From: Candidatus Aegiribacteria sp.
Lineage (GTDB): Bacteria; Fermentibacterota; Fermentibacteria; Fermentibacterales; JCC-6
DNA length: 64,000 bases
Assembly (NCBI GenBank): GCA_021108435.1
Contig: JAIOQY010000032.1
Coordinates: 1,890-65,889 of the forward strand
Reading direction: 5' to 3'
Shown piece after piece: positions 48,035 to 58,900 of this stretch; position 1 is the first letter of the stretch, and each line of letters opens with the position of its first letter. The position numbers were made by a program, and so were the translations under genes. The notes below the pieces were generated by a model. It was not told the origin of the DNA. It worked only from the letters and a program-made list of their open reading frames with translations, and made no database searches.

Positions 48035-49587
48035 TAACTGTACTATGGGTGGATGATGAAATAGCACACCTCCAGAGTCATATACGATTCCTCGAGAAGC
48101 GTGGATATAAAGTCCTGACCGCAAGCAGCGGGAACGCAGCTCTTGATTCATTGAGAGAGAATCGGGTGGATATAGTACTGATGGATCAGATGATGGTAGG
48201 GATGGACGGACTGGAGACTGTTTCCATCCTGCGAAAAAATTATCACGCACTTCCCGTTGTTATGGTTACTCAGAGCGAAGAAGAAGAACTGATGGATCTT
48301 GCTATTGGTGGTGAAGTAGATGATTACCTTACCAAACCTGTCAATCCCAGTCAGATACTCCTTGTAATAAAGAGACTGGTTATGGGAACCCGTTTAAAAA
48401 CTCAGAGAGCCGCAAGAGAGATTGTTGATCAGACCACCAGGATAATGGACATACGAAGCCATGAGATGGACTGGCAGGAGTGGGTTAATATTTACAGATC
48501 ATGGGTGGAGATGGATGTCGCATCCAAAGGATCTCTTGCCGATGAAATGAAGACAGTTCAGAAAACCAGGTTCGATGATCTTGCAATAGATTTTTCAAAA
48601 CATGTTGAGCACAGTTATCCTGACTGGATTGCCGGTACAGGTTCTGATTCACCCTTGATGTCTCATAATTATCTTGAAAGAGTGGTTATCCCTCAACTGG
48701 AATCATCAAGCGAAATTGTTATGCTCATTATTGACTGCATGCGGTATGACCAGTGGCTGACGATGGCGCCTGTGCTTGAAAAATGGTTTCATATTGAGAC
48801 TGAGTTTATGTTGACAGTACTTCCCTCAGCCACGCCTTACAGTCGAAACTCTATTTTTGCCGGTCTGCTTCCACGTGATATATGGAGATTTCATCGTCAC
48901 AGATGGATTGAGCATTACGGTGTCCCTGGATTGAACAGGTATGAACATGAATTCCTGTCTGAAGCATTGAAACGGCTTGGATGTGTAAGACATTCCAATC
49001 CGGATTACGTAAAAATCAGTAACAGGAAAGAAGGAGAAGTTCTCCTGCATTCACTTTCCCGGAATTTGCAGAATGGATTCCTTGCGGTTGTTGTAAATTA
49101 TATTGATCATCTTACCCACGGCAGGTCTGAACTTGATCTCATACGTGATCTTGCTCCGGACGTTGCCAGTTTTCGCAGTCTTGCCGAGACTTGGTTTAAA
49201 TCATCCTTCCTCAAAATTCTGTTCCAGACACTTGCCGCACGGGGCACCACCGTACTTGTTACCAGCGATCATGGTTCTGTTTTTACAGCCAGAGATACCA
49301 GGATCATGGGTAGAGGAGTATCAGGCAGTATAAGATACAGATACGGGAGCAACCTGTCTGTGGATCCCAGAACGGCAATAACTGCCAGGAAACCCGCAGA
49401 ATGGGGTCTGCCGGATGATACTCCGGCAAAAAATTATCTGTTTGCAAGGTCTGATTATTTCATGATGTTTCAGAATGTACCCCGGAATGAAATGCAGAAA
49501 TTCAGAAACACATTCCAGCATGGCGGTGTGTCTCTTGAGGAAGTGATAGTTCCAAGCATCGTTCTGAAACCAAAGAATATGAAATGA
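48031..49587 (+). CDS. porX: PorX-type response regulator (receiver + PglZ/alkaline-phosphatase-like domain)
   Basis: REC motifs VLWVDDEIAHL, VLMDQMMVGMDG, VTQSEEEE and YLTKPVNPSQIL. PglZ motifs IDCMRYDQW, SATPYSRNSIFAG, IDHLTHG and TSDHGS. The architecture is as I recall for Porphyromonas PorX. Confidence 0.8.
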   Translation: MITVLWVDDEIAHLQSHIRFLEKRGYKVLTASSGNAALDSLRENRVDIVLMDQMMVGMDGLETVSILRKNYHALPVVMVTQSEEEELMDLAIGGEVDDYLTKPVNPSQILLVIKRLVMGTRLKTQRAAREIVDQTTRIMDIRSHEMDWQEWVNIYRSWVEMDVASKGSLADEMKTVQKTRFDDLAIDFSKHVEHSYPDWIAGTGSDSPLMSHNYLERVVIPQLESSSEIVMLIIDCMRYDQWLTMAPVLEKWFHIETEFMLTVLPSATPYSRNSIFAGLLPRDIWRFHRHRWIEHYGVPGLNRYEHEFLSEALKRLGCVRHSNPDYVKISNRKEGEVLLHSLSRNLQNGFLAVVVNYIDHLTHGRSELDLIRDLAPDVASFRSLAETWFKSSFLKILFQTLAARGTTVLVTSDHGSVFTARDTRIMGRGVSGSIRYRYGSNLSVDPRTAITARKPAEWGLPDDTPAKNYLFARSDYFMMFQNVPRNEMQKFRNTFQHGGVSLEEVIVPSIVLKPKNMK

Positions 49588-50009
49588 TGAACCGGATTGA
49601 TCTTGAACATCTTGCAGAGAAGATCGCTTTGAGTATGTATCCAGGAGATAACATCTTCCTTGTAGGTGATCTTGGAGTGGGCAAATCAGTATTCGCGAGA
49701 GCTGTTCTCAGAACACTCGGAGTGACAGGTAATATTCCAAGCCCGAGCTTTATAGTTGACGCGGTTTACTACACTGGAAATAAGGAAATCCATCATATTG
49801 ATCTCTACCGACTTGAGGGAGCCCATCGGGAGCTGCACTCCCTTGGTATCTTTGAAGCGCTTGATTCAAGCTCTCTGGCAGTTGTAGAATGGGCGGATCG
49901 GCTTGAAGAGGAGATTCTGGATAATGGAGTACTGATAAACATCGGTTTTACAGATGATCCGAATCTGAGAGAGGTGGTCGTGGATGACCGGCGTCTGGCT
50001 GGGAATTGA
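49584..50009 (+). CDS. tsaE: tRNA t6A37 biosynthesis ATPase TsaE
   Basis: 141 aa. P-loop GDLGVGKS, followed by SPSF and HIDLYRL, typical of YjeE/TsaE. ATGA overlap with porX. Confidence 0.85.
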   Translation: MMNRIDLEHLAEKIALSMYPGDNIFLVGDLGVGKSVFARAVLRTLGVTGNIPSPSFIVDAVYYTGNKEIHHIDLYRLEGAHRELHSLGIFEALDSSSLAVVEWADRLEEEILDNGVLINIGFTDDPNLREVVVDDRRLAGN

Positions 50010-50655
50010 AACATCAACCTCCACCGGAGGTGTTGCACTGGTCAGGAATGGGAAACTTGTTGCCGAGGAGTACCTGCCTGTCGCTGCTGTTCACTCTGAA
50101 AAAGTTCTCCCGTGTATATCAAACCTCCTGGAAAAAACAGAGATTTCTCCCGAAGAGATCTCAGGAATCGCGGTTTCTTCCGGTCCGGGATCCTACACCG
50201 GTTTGAGGATCGGCATTGCCACAGCCATTGGTCTGTCTGCAGGCTGGGAGATCGGTCTGAAAGGTGTTGAGACTCTCAGGGTTCTTGCTTCATCAGTTAC
50301 CACTGAGAATCCTGTTCTGGCGTGTATCAGAGCCAGACAATCTGAAGTTTTTGCCGCGCTGTATGAAAGCAGTTCTCCAGATGCAGAGATTCTTATCCCT
50401 CCCGGGGTTTATATGGTTTCAGCACTATTGAAGGAATTATCAACAGGAGATGAATTGATCGCTGTAGGAAGTGGAAGAAGTGAAATTTCGCTCCCTGATT
50501 CAGTACAATGGGTACCCGAACTATGGGATATTCCCAGACCATCTCTTGTTGCACTGATCGGCAGTATCAGGGCTGGAGCCGAGGGATTCGACAGGACCAT
50601 AACTCCTGTCTACCTGCGGGGTTTCAACGAGAAGGCGAAGAGCAGTGTGCGCTGA
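49984..50655 (+). CDS. tsaB: tRNA t6A37 biosynthesis protein TsaB
   Basis: WLGIETSTSTGGVAL...GPGSYTGLRIGIA is the YeaZ/TsaB signature. It lies between tsaE and a rimI-like domain, as in many bacteria. Confidence 0.85.
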   Translation: MTGVWLGIETSTSTGGVALVRNGKLVAEEYLPVAAVHSEKVLPCISNLLEKTEISPEEISGIAVSSGPGSYTGLRIGIATAIGLSAGWEIGLKGVETLRVLASSVTTENPVLACIRARQSEVFAALYESSSPDAEILIPPGVYMVSALLKELSTGDELIAVGSGRSEISLPDSVQWVPELWDIPRPSLVALIGSIRAGAEGFDRTITPVYLRGFNEKAKSSVR

Positions 50656-51877
50656 ATTGCGAGTTGCTTCGAAAAGAGACATCACTGAAATTCTGGAGAT
50701 CGAGAATAAGTACTTTCCATGCCCATGGAGCGCAGAACAGATAACTGCCTGCATAAACACGCCTTTCGTGCGAACATGGACAGCAAGAACTGATGGGAAG
50801 GTAGCAGGATACGTTACCGCAAATCTTGTGTCAGAGGAAATTCATATTATCAACCTTGCCGTTCGTGATGAATTCCGGAGACAGGGAATCGGTACATTTC
50901 TTCTAAAAGCAGCGGAATATTGGGGAAGTCGACTGGGAATAGCCGCTTCAAGGCTTGAGGTTAGGGAATCCTCAAAACCTGCAATTGCGTTCTACTTGAG
51001 GAATGGATACAGACAGACGGATCAACTGAGCTGTTACTATCCTGATTCCGAGGATGGCCTGGAGTTTCAGGCGATCCTGGTTCCTGATGAAACAGATGTC
51101 GGTATTGCACGGTCAATTGCTAGTCTCTGTGAGAGTATTCCGCGTGTTGGTATCGTACTCGGATCGGGCCTTTCATGGCTTGCCGATTCATTCGGGAATG
51201 GAACTGAAATTACGTATCCCGAAATAACAGGATTTTCTCATGCCAGATTGCCCGGGCATCCCGGGAAGCTTGTATTCAGCGAGTGCGGCAATTTTGTGTT
51301 CCTGCTGGGAAGGCGTCATTATTACCAGGGTTACAGCGGTGATCAGGTATCTCTTCTTCCAGGCGTGCTTGGAGATCTTGGTGTATTATCATGGGTATTG
51401 ATGTCTTCTTCAGGAGCGGTGGATCCAGCCCTTGATTGTGGTGACATTATTGTCTTCAGTGATCATGTCAATTTTTCGGGTTGTATTCCCGAATCCACTA
51501 AAGGAAGAGTTGGGCGATACGTTTATTCAGAAGAACTACGGGAACTGGCACTTTCGATTGCTTCAGAAACTGGTGCTTCTGTCGATAAAGGGATTTTTGC
51601 CTGTGTATCCGGTCCGGCCTATGAAACGTCTTCAGAAATACGGTTTCTGAGAAGAAACGGCATTTCATCCGTTTCCATGTCAACAGTACCGGAGGCTCTG
51701 CTGTTATCTTCACGTGGATTTGACGTTGTGGCTCTTTCTCTAATCACAAATGCCGTGTTACCTGGCGAAAAGGTGACTCATGATGATGTGCTGGCTTCAC
51801 AGACTGTAATTCGAAGGAAGCAGGAAGAATTCCTTATTGCTTTTCTCAGGGAGATTGCCGCTCGTGAATTACGCTGA
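50645..51877 (+). CDS. fusion protein: RimI-like GNAT acetyltransferase + purine nucleoside phosphorylase (PunA-type)
   Basis: N-terminal part: IINLAVRDEFRRQGIGTFLL (GNAT). C-terminal part: GIVLGSGL...GHPGKLVF...MSTVPEA (trimeric PNP family). It is a single uninterrupted ORF. The GTG start overlaps tsaB. Confidence 0.75.
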   Translation: MCAELRVASKRDITEILEIENKYFPCPWSAEQITACINTPFVRTWTARTDGKVAGYVTANLVSEEIHIINLAVRDEFRRQGIGTFLLKAAEYWGSRLGIAASRLEVRESSKPAIAFYLRNGYRQTDQLSCYYPDSEDGLEFQAILVPDETDVGIARSIASLCESIPRVGIVLGSGLSWLADSFGNGTEITYPEITGFSHARLPGHPGKLVFSECGNFVFLLGRRHYYQGYSGDQVSLLPGVLGDLGVLSWVLMSSSGAVDPALDCGDIIVFSDHVNFSGCIPESTKGRVGRYVYSEELRELALSIASETGASVDKGIFACVSGPAYETSSEIRFLRRNGISSVSMSTVPEALLLSSRGFDVVALSLITNAVLPGEKVTHDDVLASQTVIRRKQEEFLIAFLREIAARELR

Positions 51878-53132
51878 AGCGGAAGAATACCTTTTCGGGA
51901 GAAGACGAATGGGTATGAAATTCGGCCTGGATCGTGTTCGCTGTCTTCTGAATGATGCCGGCAATCCACAGAAACACTTCAGGACAATCCACGTTGTCGG
52001 AACAAACGGGAAAGGCAGTACAACTGCCCTGCTTGCTGAGATCCTGTACCACCTTGGTTATAAAGTCGGCAGAATCACATCACCTCATCTCCTTCATTAT
52101 CGGGAAAGAACAGCGATTAATAATGTCTGGATACCTGAGGAAGCCGTAATTGAGTTTATGGAGCTTTTCAAAGAAAGGATAGAGAAACACAGCGCGACTT
52201 TCTTTGAAATAACAACGGTTATGTCGGCATGGTTCTTTGAAAAGGAAGGTGTTGATTTCGTTGTCGCCGAAGCAGGTCTTGGCGGAAGACTTGATGCCAC
52301 GAGACTCCTGGATGGCGAATGCACTCTTTTCACAGGTGTTGAACTCGAACACAGGCGAATACTTGGATATACAGAAACCCTTATTGCAGCTGAAAAGGTT
52401 GCGATTGCCCGGAGGGGTTCAACTCTTATTGCCTTTAAACAGAAGCCTGAAGTTGAAGAGGTATTGACCGCTGCTGAAAAAGCCGGAAGTCTCATTCGCA
52501 TAAGACCTGAATCGACGGAGTTATCACCTCTTCCAGGAGCGCATCAGAAACGTAACTCCGGACTGGCTCTGTCCGCTGCCCTGATGTTTTCCGGTTACAC
52601 GAAGGAAGATGTACAACCAGCATTCGAAAAATCATGCAAAACTCTCAGATGGCCGGGACGACTTGATCTCCATTCAGGATCACCGTCCATACTTTTCGAT
52701 GTGGCGCACAGCCCGGGTTCGGTTGAGTATCTGGTTTTCTATCTGAAGAAGAACTGGAAACTTCCTGTACCGGCCGTAGTGGGATTTCTGGAAGACAAAT
52801 TCTGGAAGGAAATGACAGAACAGCTTTGCGAGGTTCTGAATCCTGTCATAACAACTACACCTCTCAACGAGAGATCTCTTCCTGCAATCTCTCTGGCGGA
52901 GCAGTTTCAGGATGCTGGAGTGGAAACGTTCTGGAGAGATGATATCGGTGAAGCGATGAATCTAGCCCGGTCTTTTCAGTCTGATCTGATTGTTGTGACC
53001 GGTTCTTTCTTCGTTGTGGGATGTGCTATGCATCATGCCTGGCGGAATGAGTGGATAGCTCTGCCGGAAAAAGGGGATGAGCAGAATCAGCTGTTCCAAA
53101 ACGTTGACAGTTATCATCGGACTGATGTATAG
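51837..53132 (+). CDS. folC: bifunctional folylpolyglutamate synthase / dihydrofolate synthase
   Basis: YAEAEEYLF...GMKFGLDRV N-terminus, HVVGTNGKGST P-loop and a Mur-ligase layout. The start is uncertain: TTG at 51837 or a nearby GTG. Confidence 0.85.
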   Translation: MLFSGRLPLVNYAEAEEYLFGRRRMGMKFGLDRVRCLLNDAGNPQKHFRTIHVVGTNGKGSTTALLAEILYHLGYKVGRITSPHLLHYRERTAINNVWIPEEAVIEFMELFKERIEKHSATFFEITTVMSAWFFEKEGVDFVVAEAGLGGRLDATRLLDGECTLFTGVELEHRRILGYTETLIAAEKVAIARRGSTLIAFKQKPEVEEVLTAAEKAGSLIRIRPESTELSPLPGAHQKRNSGLALSAALMFSGYTKEDVQPAFEKSCKTLRWPGRLDLHSGSPSILFDVAHSPGSVEYLVFYLKKNWKLPVPAVVGFLEDKFWKEMTEQLCEVLNPVITTTPLNERSLPAISLAEQFQDAGVETFWRDDIGEAMNLARSFQSDLIVVTGSFFVVGCAMHHAWRNEWIALPEKGDEQNQLFQNVDSYHRTDV

Positions 53133-53185
53133 GTATTGCTTATGAAAAATAGAGATTCAGTTCAGAAAACTGGAGGTTGAATTAA

Positions 53186-53428
53186 ATGACCGATAAGAAA
53201 ACCGTTGTTTCCGAGCAGATGGATTCGTCGAAAGAAGATAACAGGGCAGCACCTTTTACGCTGATAAATTACCTGCTGTTCGCAATCGGGTTGCTGGACA
53301 TAGTAATCGGATGGTTCCTGCTTCGGGGAGGACACATTACAATCGCTCCCATCATGCTTATCGTGGGTTACTGTGTGATAATACCTTTCGCGATCATGTT
53401 CAGAAAGAAAGCAACGGAAAACGCCTGA
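53186..53428 (+). CDS. small two-TM membrane protein (DUF3098-like, tentative)
   Basis: 80 aa. GGAGG precedes the ATG. Two hydrophobic helices, NYLLFAIGLLDIVIGWFLL and IAPIMLIVGYCVIIPFAIMF. The antisense ORF 53162..53629 is judged spurious. Confidence 0.6.
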   Translation: MTDKKTVVSEQMDSSKEDNRAAPFTLINYLLFAIGLLDIVIGWFLLRGGHITIAPIMLIVGYCVIIPFAIMFRKKATENA

Positions 53429-53429
53429 G

Positions 53430-54176
53430 GTGAAATTCTTTCCCGCTGTATTTTTAACGATTATGCTTTTATCGTGCGAGAGTAATAATGAAATGTTCTT
53501 TCTTCCTGAACCTCTTCCACTGACCGAACAGGACAACGCCTTCGTAACTGTTCCCGGAGGATTATACATAACAGACGAACATGATACTCTTTCGATTAAT
53601 GGTTTTCGCCTTGGAAGATACGAAGTCACAAACAGACTGTTCTACAGTCTTGCTGATGATGCCGGAATTGAATTACCGCCAGATCCTGTTTTTTCGGGAA
53701 TGGAAAAGTATCTTTTCAATTATCCCAACTATCCTGTTGTGAATGTCAGTATGGATGAAGCCGCTGCAGCAGCAGCTGAAATGGGAGGCAGACTGCCCAC
53801 CCGCGCGGAATGGGAATATGCTGCTTCACTTGGGATATCAGGAGACATGTCAGGGCAGTATCCTTGGGGATCACTTGATCCTTCCGATGCTGAATACCCG
53901 GCCAATTACCTTTCATCCGATGAATGGGAGACAAGAGGATTAGATGGATACCTCTGGACAGCTCCGGTGGATTCTTTTCCTCTTAATGATGCAGGTTTCG
54001 CCTGCCAGGCTGGAAATGTCGCTGAATGGACCATGTCTACGGATTCACTTGTGCCGGTCTGCGGTGGTGCCTGGCTGTCACCAGCGGGGGATATTACGAT
54101 CAGCAGCGTCAAATACCTGGCATCTGGCGACCGTGCCCGACATATCGGGTTCCGCATCCTGCTCCCGGGGACGTAG
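53430..54176 (+). CDS. lipoprotein with formylglycine-generating-enzyme (SUMF1/FGE-sulfatase) domain
   Basis: Lipobox in MKFFPAVFLTIMLLSCESN. FGE-fold motifs RYEVTN, PVVNVSMDEA, RLPTRAEWEYAA, GNVAEWT and GFRIL. Confidence 0.75.
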   Translation: MKFFPAVFLTIMLLSCESNNEMFFLPEPLPLTEQDNAFVTVPGGLYITDEHDTLSINGFRLGRYEVTNRLFYSLADDAGIELPPDPVFSGMEKYLFNYPNYPVVNVSMDEAAAAAAEMGGRLPTRAEWEYAASLGISGDMSGQYPWGSLDPSDAEYPANYLSSDEWETRGLDGYLWTAPVDSFPLNDAGFACQAGNVAEWTMSTDSLVPVCGGAWLSPAGDITISSVKYLASGDRARHIGFRILLPGT

Positions 54177-54379
54177 TCTGTTTCGTCAATTTAGACAGCA
54201 TTAATGGGTATATATTAAATAATAAATAGACCTAATACGTGCAATTTGATTAATTACAATAAATATTAGATAAGCATTCAATGAGCAGGATAAAGTAATC
54301 TGAAATGAGAGACTACAGTTAATATCCTATAAGAGCATCAGGCTCACATCAGGGGCAGGTCTGCTGAAGGGAAATCACA

Positions 54380-55825
54380 TTGCATATAAAGAAAACAGGT
54401 CTTCTGCTGAGTTTGATTCTAATTTCTGCAAGCTTAACCTTGGCTGATTGGCAAAGCTTCCAATTGACCGATAACAGTTATGCGGAATCAATGTCCTCAG
54501 TAGACTTAGATCCATCCGACATTCCTCATTTTGCCTGGTGCTCCAATAACGATGGTGACTATGATATTTACTATCTTTCTGAAATCACCGGAACACCAGT
54601 AAAAGTTACCGATAATAACACTAATGACCTGTATCCTCGTTTAAGGATAGATCAGGCAGGGAATGCACATATTGCCTTCAAGGGACATGATGGTCATGAT
54701 TATGAAGAATTTTATGTGAACAACATTGGCGGCAGTTTTTGCGACCCGGTGCAGGTTAGTTTCACAGAAACAGATGTTGGTGTCTTTGTCCCTGAACACT
54801 CATGCTTAAGTATTGATCCTGCCGGCGTTGCCCATATTGCTTACAAATATGGGTACTATGAATATGGTAACTGGGATATTTATTATGTAAACAATGAGGG
54901 AGGGTCATTTGGATCATCGACCAGAGTCACTGATGAAACAGGAGGAAAAAGTTACGTCAGACCTTCAATGGCTCTGGATAGTAACAGTTTCGTTCATACT
55001 GTATTTGAAAATGGAGCCAATATACTCTACACAAACAATGTTGCAGGGACATTCGACAGTCTGACAACAGTAAGTGCAGGAACGATTTGTTGGCACTCTT
55101 CGATAGGGATCGATTCCTCAGACAACGTTCATGTCTCTTACTCTAAATACCATGGGGGAGCTTACTATATTAACAATGTGGGCGGAAGTTTTGAGACCAC
55201 AGTAACCTTGACAACCGCAAACAGTATTAATGAAGTCACAGCTTTAGTAGTGGATCATTTAGATAATATTCATGTTGCCTATATCGGCGGGGATTTTGGA
55301 ACCCCTAATACTCATGAGCTGTATTATGTGAATAATTGCACCGGGAGTTTTGAGGTTCCCGAACAGTTAACCTTCAATAGTGAGCATACCGCAAATATAT
55401 CATTAAGCATTGATTCTGTTTGTGCTGGTCATATAGCATTCCTGGAGGGATTATATGGAAGTAATGATTATGAAGTCTGGTATTGCACAAATAGTGAATT
55501 TGTTGGCATATCTTCTGACAATGCAAGCTACTCAGGTAGCAGCCCTTCTACATTTTCGTTACAGAACCATCCAAATCCGTTCAATCCGACAACAACCATC
55601 AGCTATCAATTATCAGTTAATGCGAATATAACCCTCAGCATTTACAACATACTGGGACAGAAGTTGCGGACATTGGTAAATGAAAATAAACCTGCTGGTT
55701 ATCATTCAGTACTCTGGAATGGCACCGATGAAAACAGCCAGCCTGTTCCTTCAGGAGTGTATTTTTATCAGTTAACAACAGGGAGCGATATATCTGAAAC
55801 GAAACGAATGATGTTCTTGAAATAG
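54380..55825 (+). CDS. secreted repeat protein with T9SS-type C-terminal sorting domain
   Basis: TTG start with signal peptide MHIKKTGLLLSLILISASLTLA. Repeated D-x-x-G/N-x-H-[IV]-[AS]-[FY] blades. The C-terminal 92 aa (55547-55822), NHPNPFNPTTTISYQL...GVYFYQLTTG...KRMMFLK, are typical of a T9SS/FlgD-Ig-like CTD. Confidence 0.8.
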   Translation: MHIKKTGLLLSLILISASLTLADWQSFQLTDNSYAESMSSVDLDPSDIPHFAWCSNNDGDYDIYYLSEITGTPVKVTDNNTNDLYPRLRIDQAGNAHIAFKGHDGHDYEEFYVNNIGGSFCDPVQVSFTETDVGVFVPEHSCLSIDPAGVAHIAYKYGYYEYGNWDIYYVNNEGGSFGSSTRVTDETGGKSYVRPSMALDSNSFVHTVFENGANILYTNNVAGTFDSLTTVSAGTICWHSSIGIDSSDNVHVSYSKYHGGAYYINNVGGSFETTVTLTTANSINEVTALVVDHLDNIHVAYIGGDFGTPNTHELYYVNNCTGSFEVPEQLTFNSEHTANISLSIDSVCAGHIAFLEGLYGSNDYEVWYCTNSEFVGISSDNASYSGSSPSTFSLQNHPNPFNPTTTISYQLSVNANITLSIYNILGQKLRTLVNENKPAGYHSVLWNGTDENSQPVPSGVYFYQLTTGSDISETKRMMFLK

Positions 55826-55976
55826 CAGGCTGGGCTAACCTGAAAATTCCAACAGCTTTCACTATTATGATATCCGGGAGGACACTGATGGAATCAATGA
55901 CTGGCTTCAGTCGAGCTGAAACCGGAAGATTTTAGTATTGCGCACTATGTCGATAGTATTAAGGAGAGTTCCCATA

Positions 55977-58900
55977 ATGCAGGTAATTTCTCATTTTCTG
56001 CTGATTTTTCTTGTTTTCATTAATTCATCAGCTCAAATCCTGGATGAAACAGATTCAATTGATATTCCACCCGGCGGTTACGCCTGGTCAATTTATAATG
56101 ATACCTCTGTTTCTCAGGTATTTACAACTGTTTCAACGTTTGCTCCCGGTCCGTGGCCTGGTATTGATGATCAGCAATTGCGTGAATTTCTTACGGAACC
56201 TGCATTAGAAGCACTTGATTTGGCTGATGAGTGGCTGATTCATGATCTCCTTGTGAAGTTTGCTGATCTTCTTTTCGAACCCGTTGATGTGTCTTCTCCT
56301 GTTCAGCCGGCCTTTGCTGATGTAAACAGTGATGCTTCATCAGATCTTATTCTGACAGATGATGATGGGGATATTCACGCATATGTCGCTCCGAACTGGG
56401 AAGAATTCCAGAGTCCTATTGAGGAATTTGATTTCCAGGTCTTATGCGATATCAATAATGATGGACTTGCGGATACCGCCCTGATAAGCAGCGATGGTAC
56501 ACTCACGATTGAAAGCGGAGGCCTGCCCTTTCTGACTGCTTCCGGATTTGATTTCTCAGCCGTAACAGGTGTAGCCCTTTCTGATATGGAAGGTGACGGA
56601 CTTGCTGATCTTATTGCAGGAACGGAATCAGGTAAGGTGCTGGTATTCCGGAATAGAGGTACTGTTGAAACCCCTGTATTTCTTCCATTCTCCTCAGAAT
56701 CAGAGCTGTTCTTTCCCATGAACCCGGGAGCTTTTACAATACCTGAAATTTATTCTGTTGATGATACAACCATGTGTCTTGCTGCGGGAACTCAGCAGAG
56801 CGGTTTGAAATTGTACCGCCTTAACATTGATTCACAGGTGTATGCGGATGAATGGGTTGAGATTGAGTCCGTATTATCAAGTGAGAAACTCCAGAATATT
56901 TCACCGGTCGTGATTTGTCTTGATGGAGAGACAAAGCTTATATGCTGTTCCCGTTACGGTGCGCTGTATGAAGTGATATCCGATCCGGATTCTCTTCAAA
57001 TGCTGAGTCTTCCCCCTGTTCCGGGCACATATCCTTCTTTGGCTTATGGTTGTCTGAACGGAGACCTGGAACCCGATCTCGTTGCAGGAACAATGGAAGG
57101 TGATGTGTTCATGCTTCGCGGCTATCGGAATGGGTGGTTTGAAGGTTCCTGGGAGCGTATACCGGATTTTCCAGCCATTTCTTCCGGTACTCCAGCTTTT
57201 TTCGAAGATGGAATCATCTTTGGTTCGAAGGATGGTGATATCAGATACTATGTCCGGACTGAGGAAGAAACATGGACTGATGTTACAGACATCTCGCCTT
57301 TCAGAGGAATTGATGTCGGAGAATATTCAAGTCCGTGTACGGCGGATTTCAACAGTGATGGTGTGGACGAACTCATCATCGGAAACTCAAGTGGCAATCT
57401 AACCTGTTTTGAGCTTGACGAGAATGCCTGTAATGGGGAGCCGTTCTTCATTGAGAAACACTCTTTCAGATTTGCCCCCAACAGAGCTGTCTCGGAACTG
57501 AATAGATATTATTCGAGATATTTCTCCCCTTATTCATTGCTCCGCACACCATCAGATTCCATGATTGTAAACGCCTTCGCAAGAGAGGTTATCGAAGCTG
57601 ATCCTCTAATCAGAGACGAAATTGCATACTGTGTTGCAAATACTCCGACTGAAATTCTCAGGGAAATGTACGAGAATGGTGACAGTGATATCTTCAGTAA
57701 TAACGCTTTACAGCTTTATTCATTGGCGAATGAGCTTGAATACGTGAGACTGACTGAATCAACTGATGGGACAATCTGCGAACTGCTTATCGACAGTGGA
57801 TGGGTTACTATCAAAAGAGAGAACTACTACAGATTCGTCGTACATCCCAGAATACTCTTCGAAGTTCCTGGCAGGATAGATGCTGATTACTGGCTGACAG
57901 ATGCGGATTCTCTGGAACTTACGATGGAGGAATGGCTCAGGCATGAACCGGACAGCCTTTTCGGTGAATCTGAGAACCATGTGTTCTGGCGGGAAACAAT
58001 TCCGTCTGACCATTCGCATGGACCTGTTCTTATTCAATCGATGAGGAAGGCGCGAACGTACGAAGAAGCAGTACTGAGAATCTGCAATTACCTTGCCTGG
58101 TCTCAGCCTAATGGAATTATGACTTTCGGATATCTCACGAATGATCTTCAGCCCATGGTGATCTACAGAAAAGGCTACGGCTCCTGTGGTGAACAGTCCA
58201 TTCTGCAGACAGCTCTATGCAGAGCCTTTTTCATTCCGGCGTATGTTGTAGGGTGCAGGGGTGAAGATCACCAGTGGAACCACTACCTTAATCCATCAGA
58301 CGGCAGATGGAATCACTGGGATATCAATTATGGAATTCGAGGTATTGGGCACGTATGGGTATCAGGCGAAGGAAACGCTCATAGCAGGAAAACAATATCC
58401 GCAATCACCGCATTCGGACCGGAAGATACTGTATGGCCTGTTACCAGAAGTGTTGCTGTTCCCGAGGGTTCCGGATATATGCCGGGGGATTCAGGATATA
58501 CCGCTACTGCTCATGTTGAAGTAATGGTCAGCGATGCCCGGGGAACACCTGTTGAAGGAGCGATGGTTCTCATGAGATCGCACTGGGACAGGGCTAACAT
58601 GGTTTCCATATTCAACTACACCAATGAAATGGGTAAGTGTTCATTTGAACTGGGATGGGAACCGTACGGAGGATATACTCTTGATATCGTGACACCATAT
58701 GGAGTTACGGGATGTTCTAATATCTCCTTTTCCGAAGGGAAAGACTATACTCTTGAATACTCGGTGCCGGGAACCATACCGGATATGCAGGAGATCCTGC
58801 TTCCGGAGAACGCCCCTTCGGATGGAATTCATGCTTCAGCTGTGCTCTACCCGGTTTCCTATTATACGGGTACACTTTATTCGCTTGATAACGAAGAAGA

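Noticed and set aside
48031-49587. PglZ domain as a marker of a BREX/PGL phage-defence system
   Set aside because: The PglZ domain is fused to a receiver domain (PorX architecture). It sits between a histidine kinase and tsaE. No brxA/B/C/L, pglX methyltransferase or other BREX genes are nearby.
51546-51561. Sigma-54-like -24/-12 element TGGCAC-N6-TTGC
   Set aside because: The GG-to-GC spacing is one nucleotide longer than the consensus. It lies in the middle of the rimI-PNP coding region, about 290 nt from the next start. It is probably a chance match.
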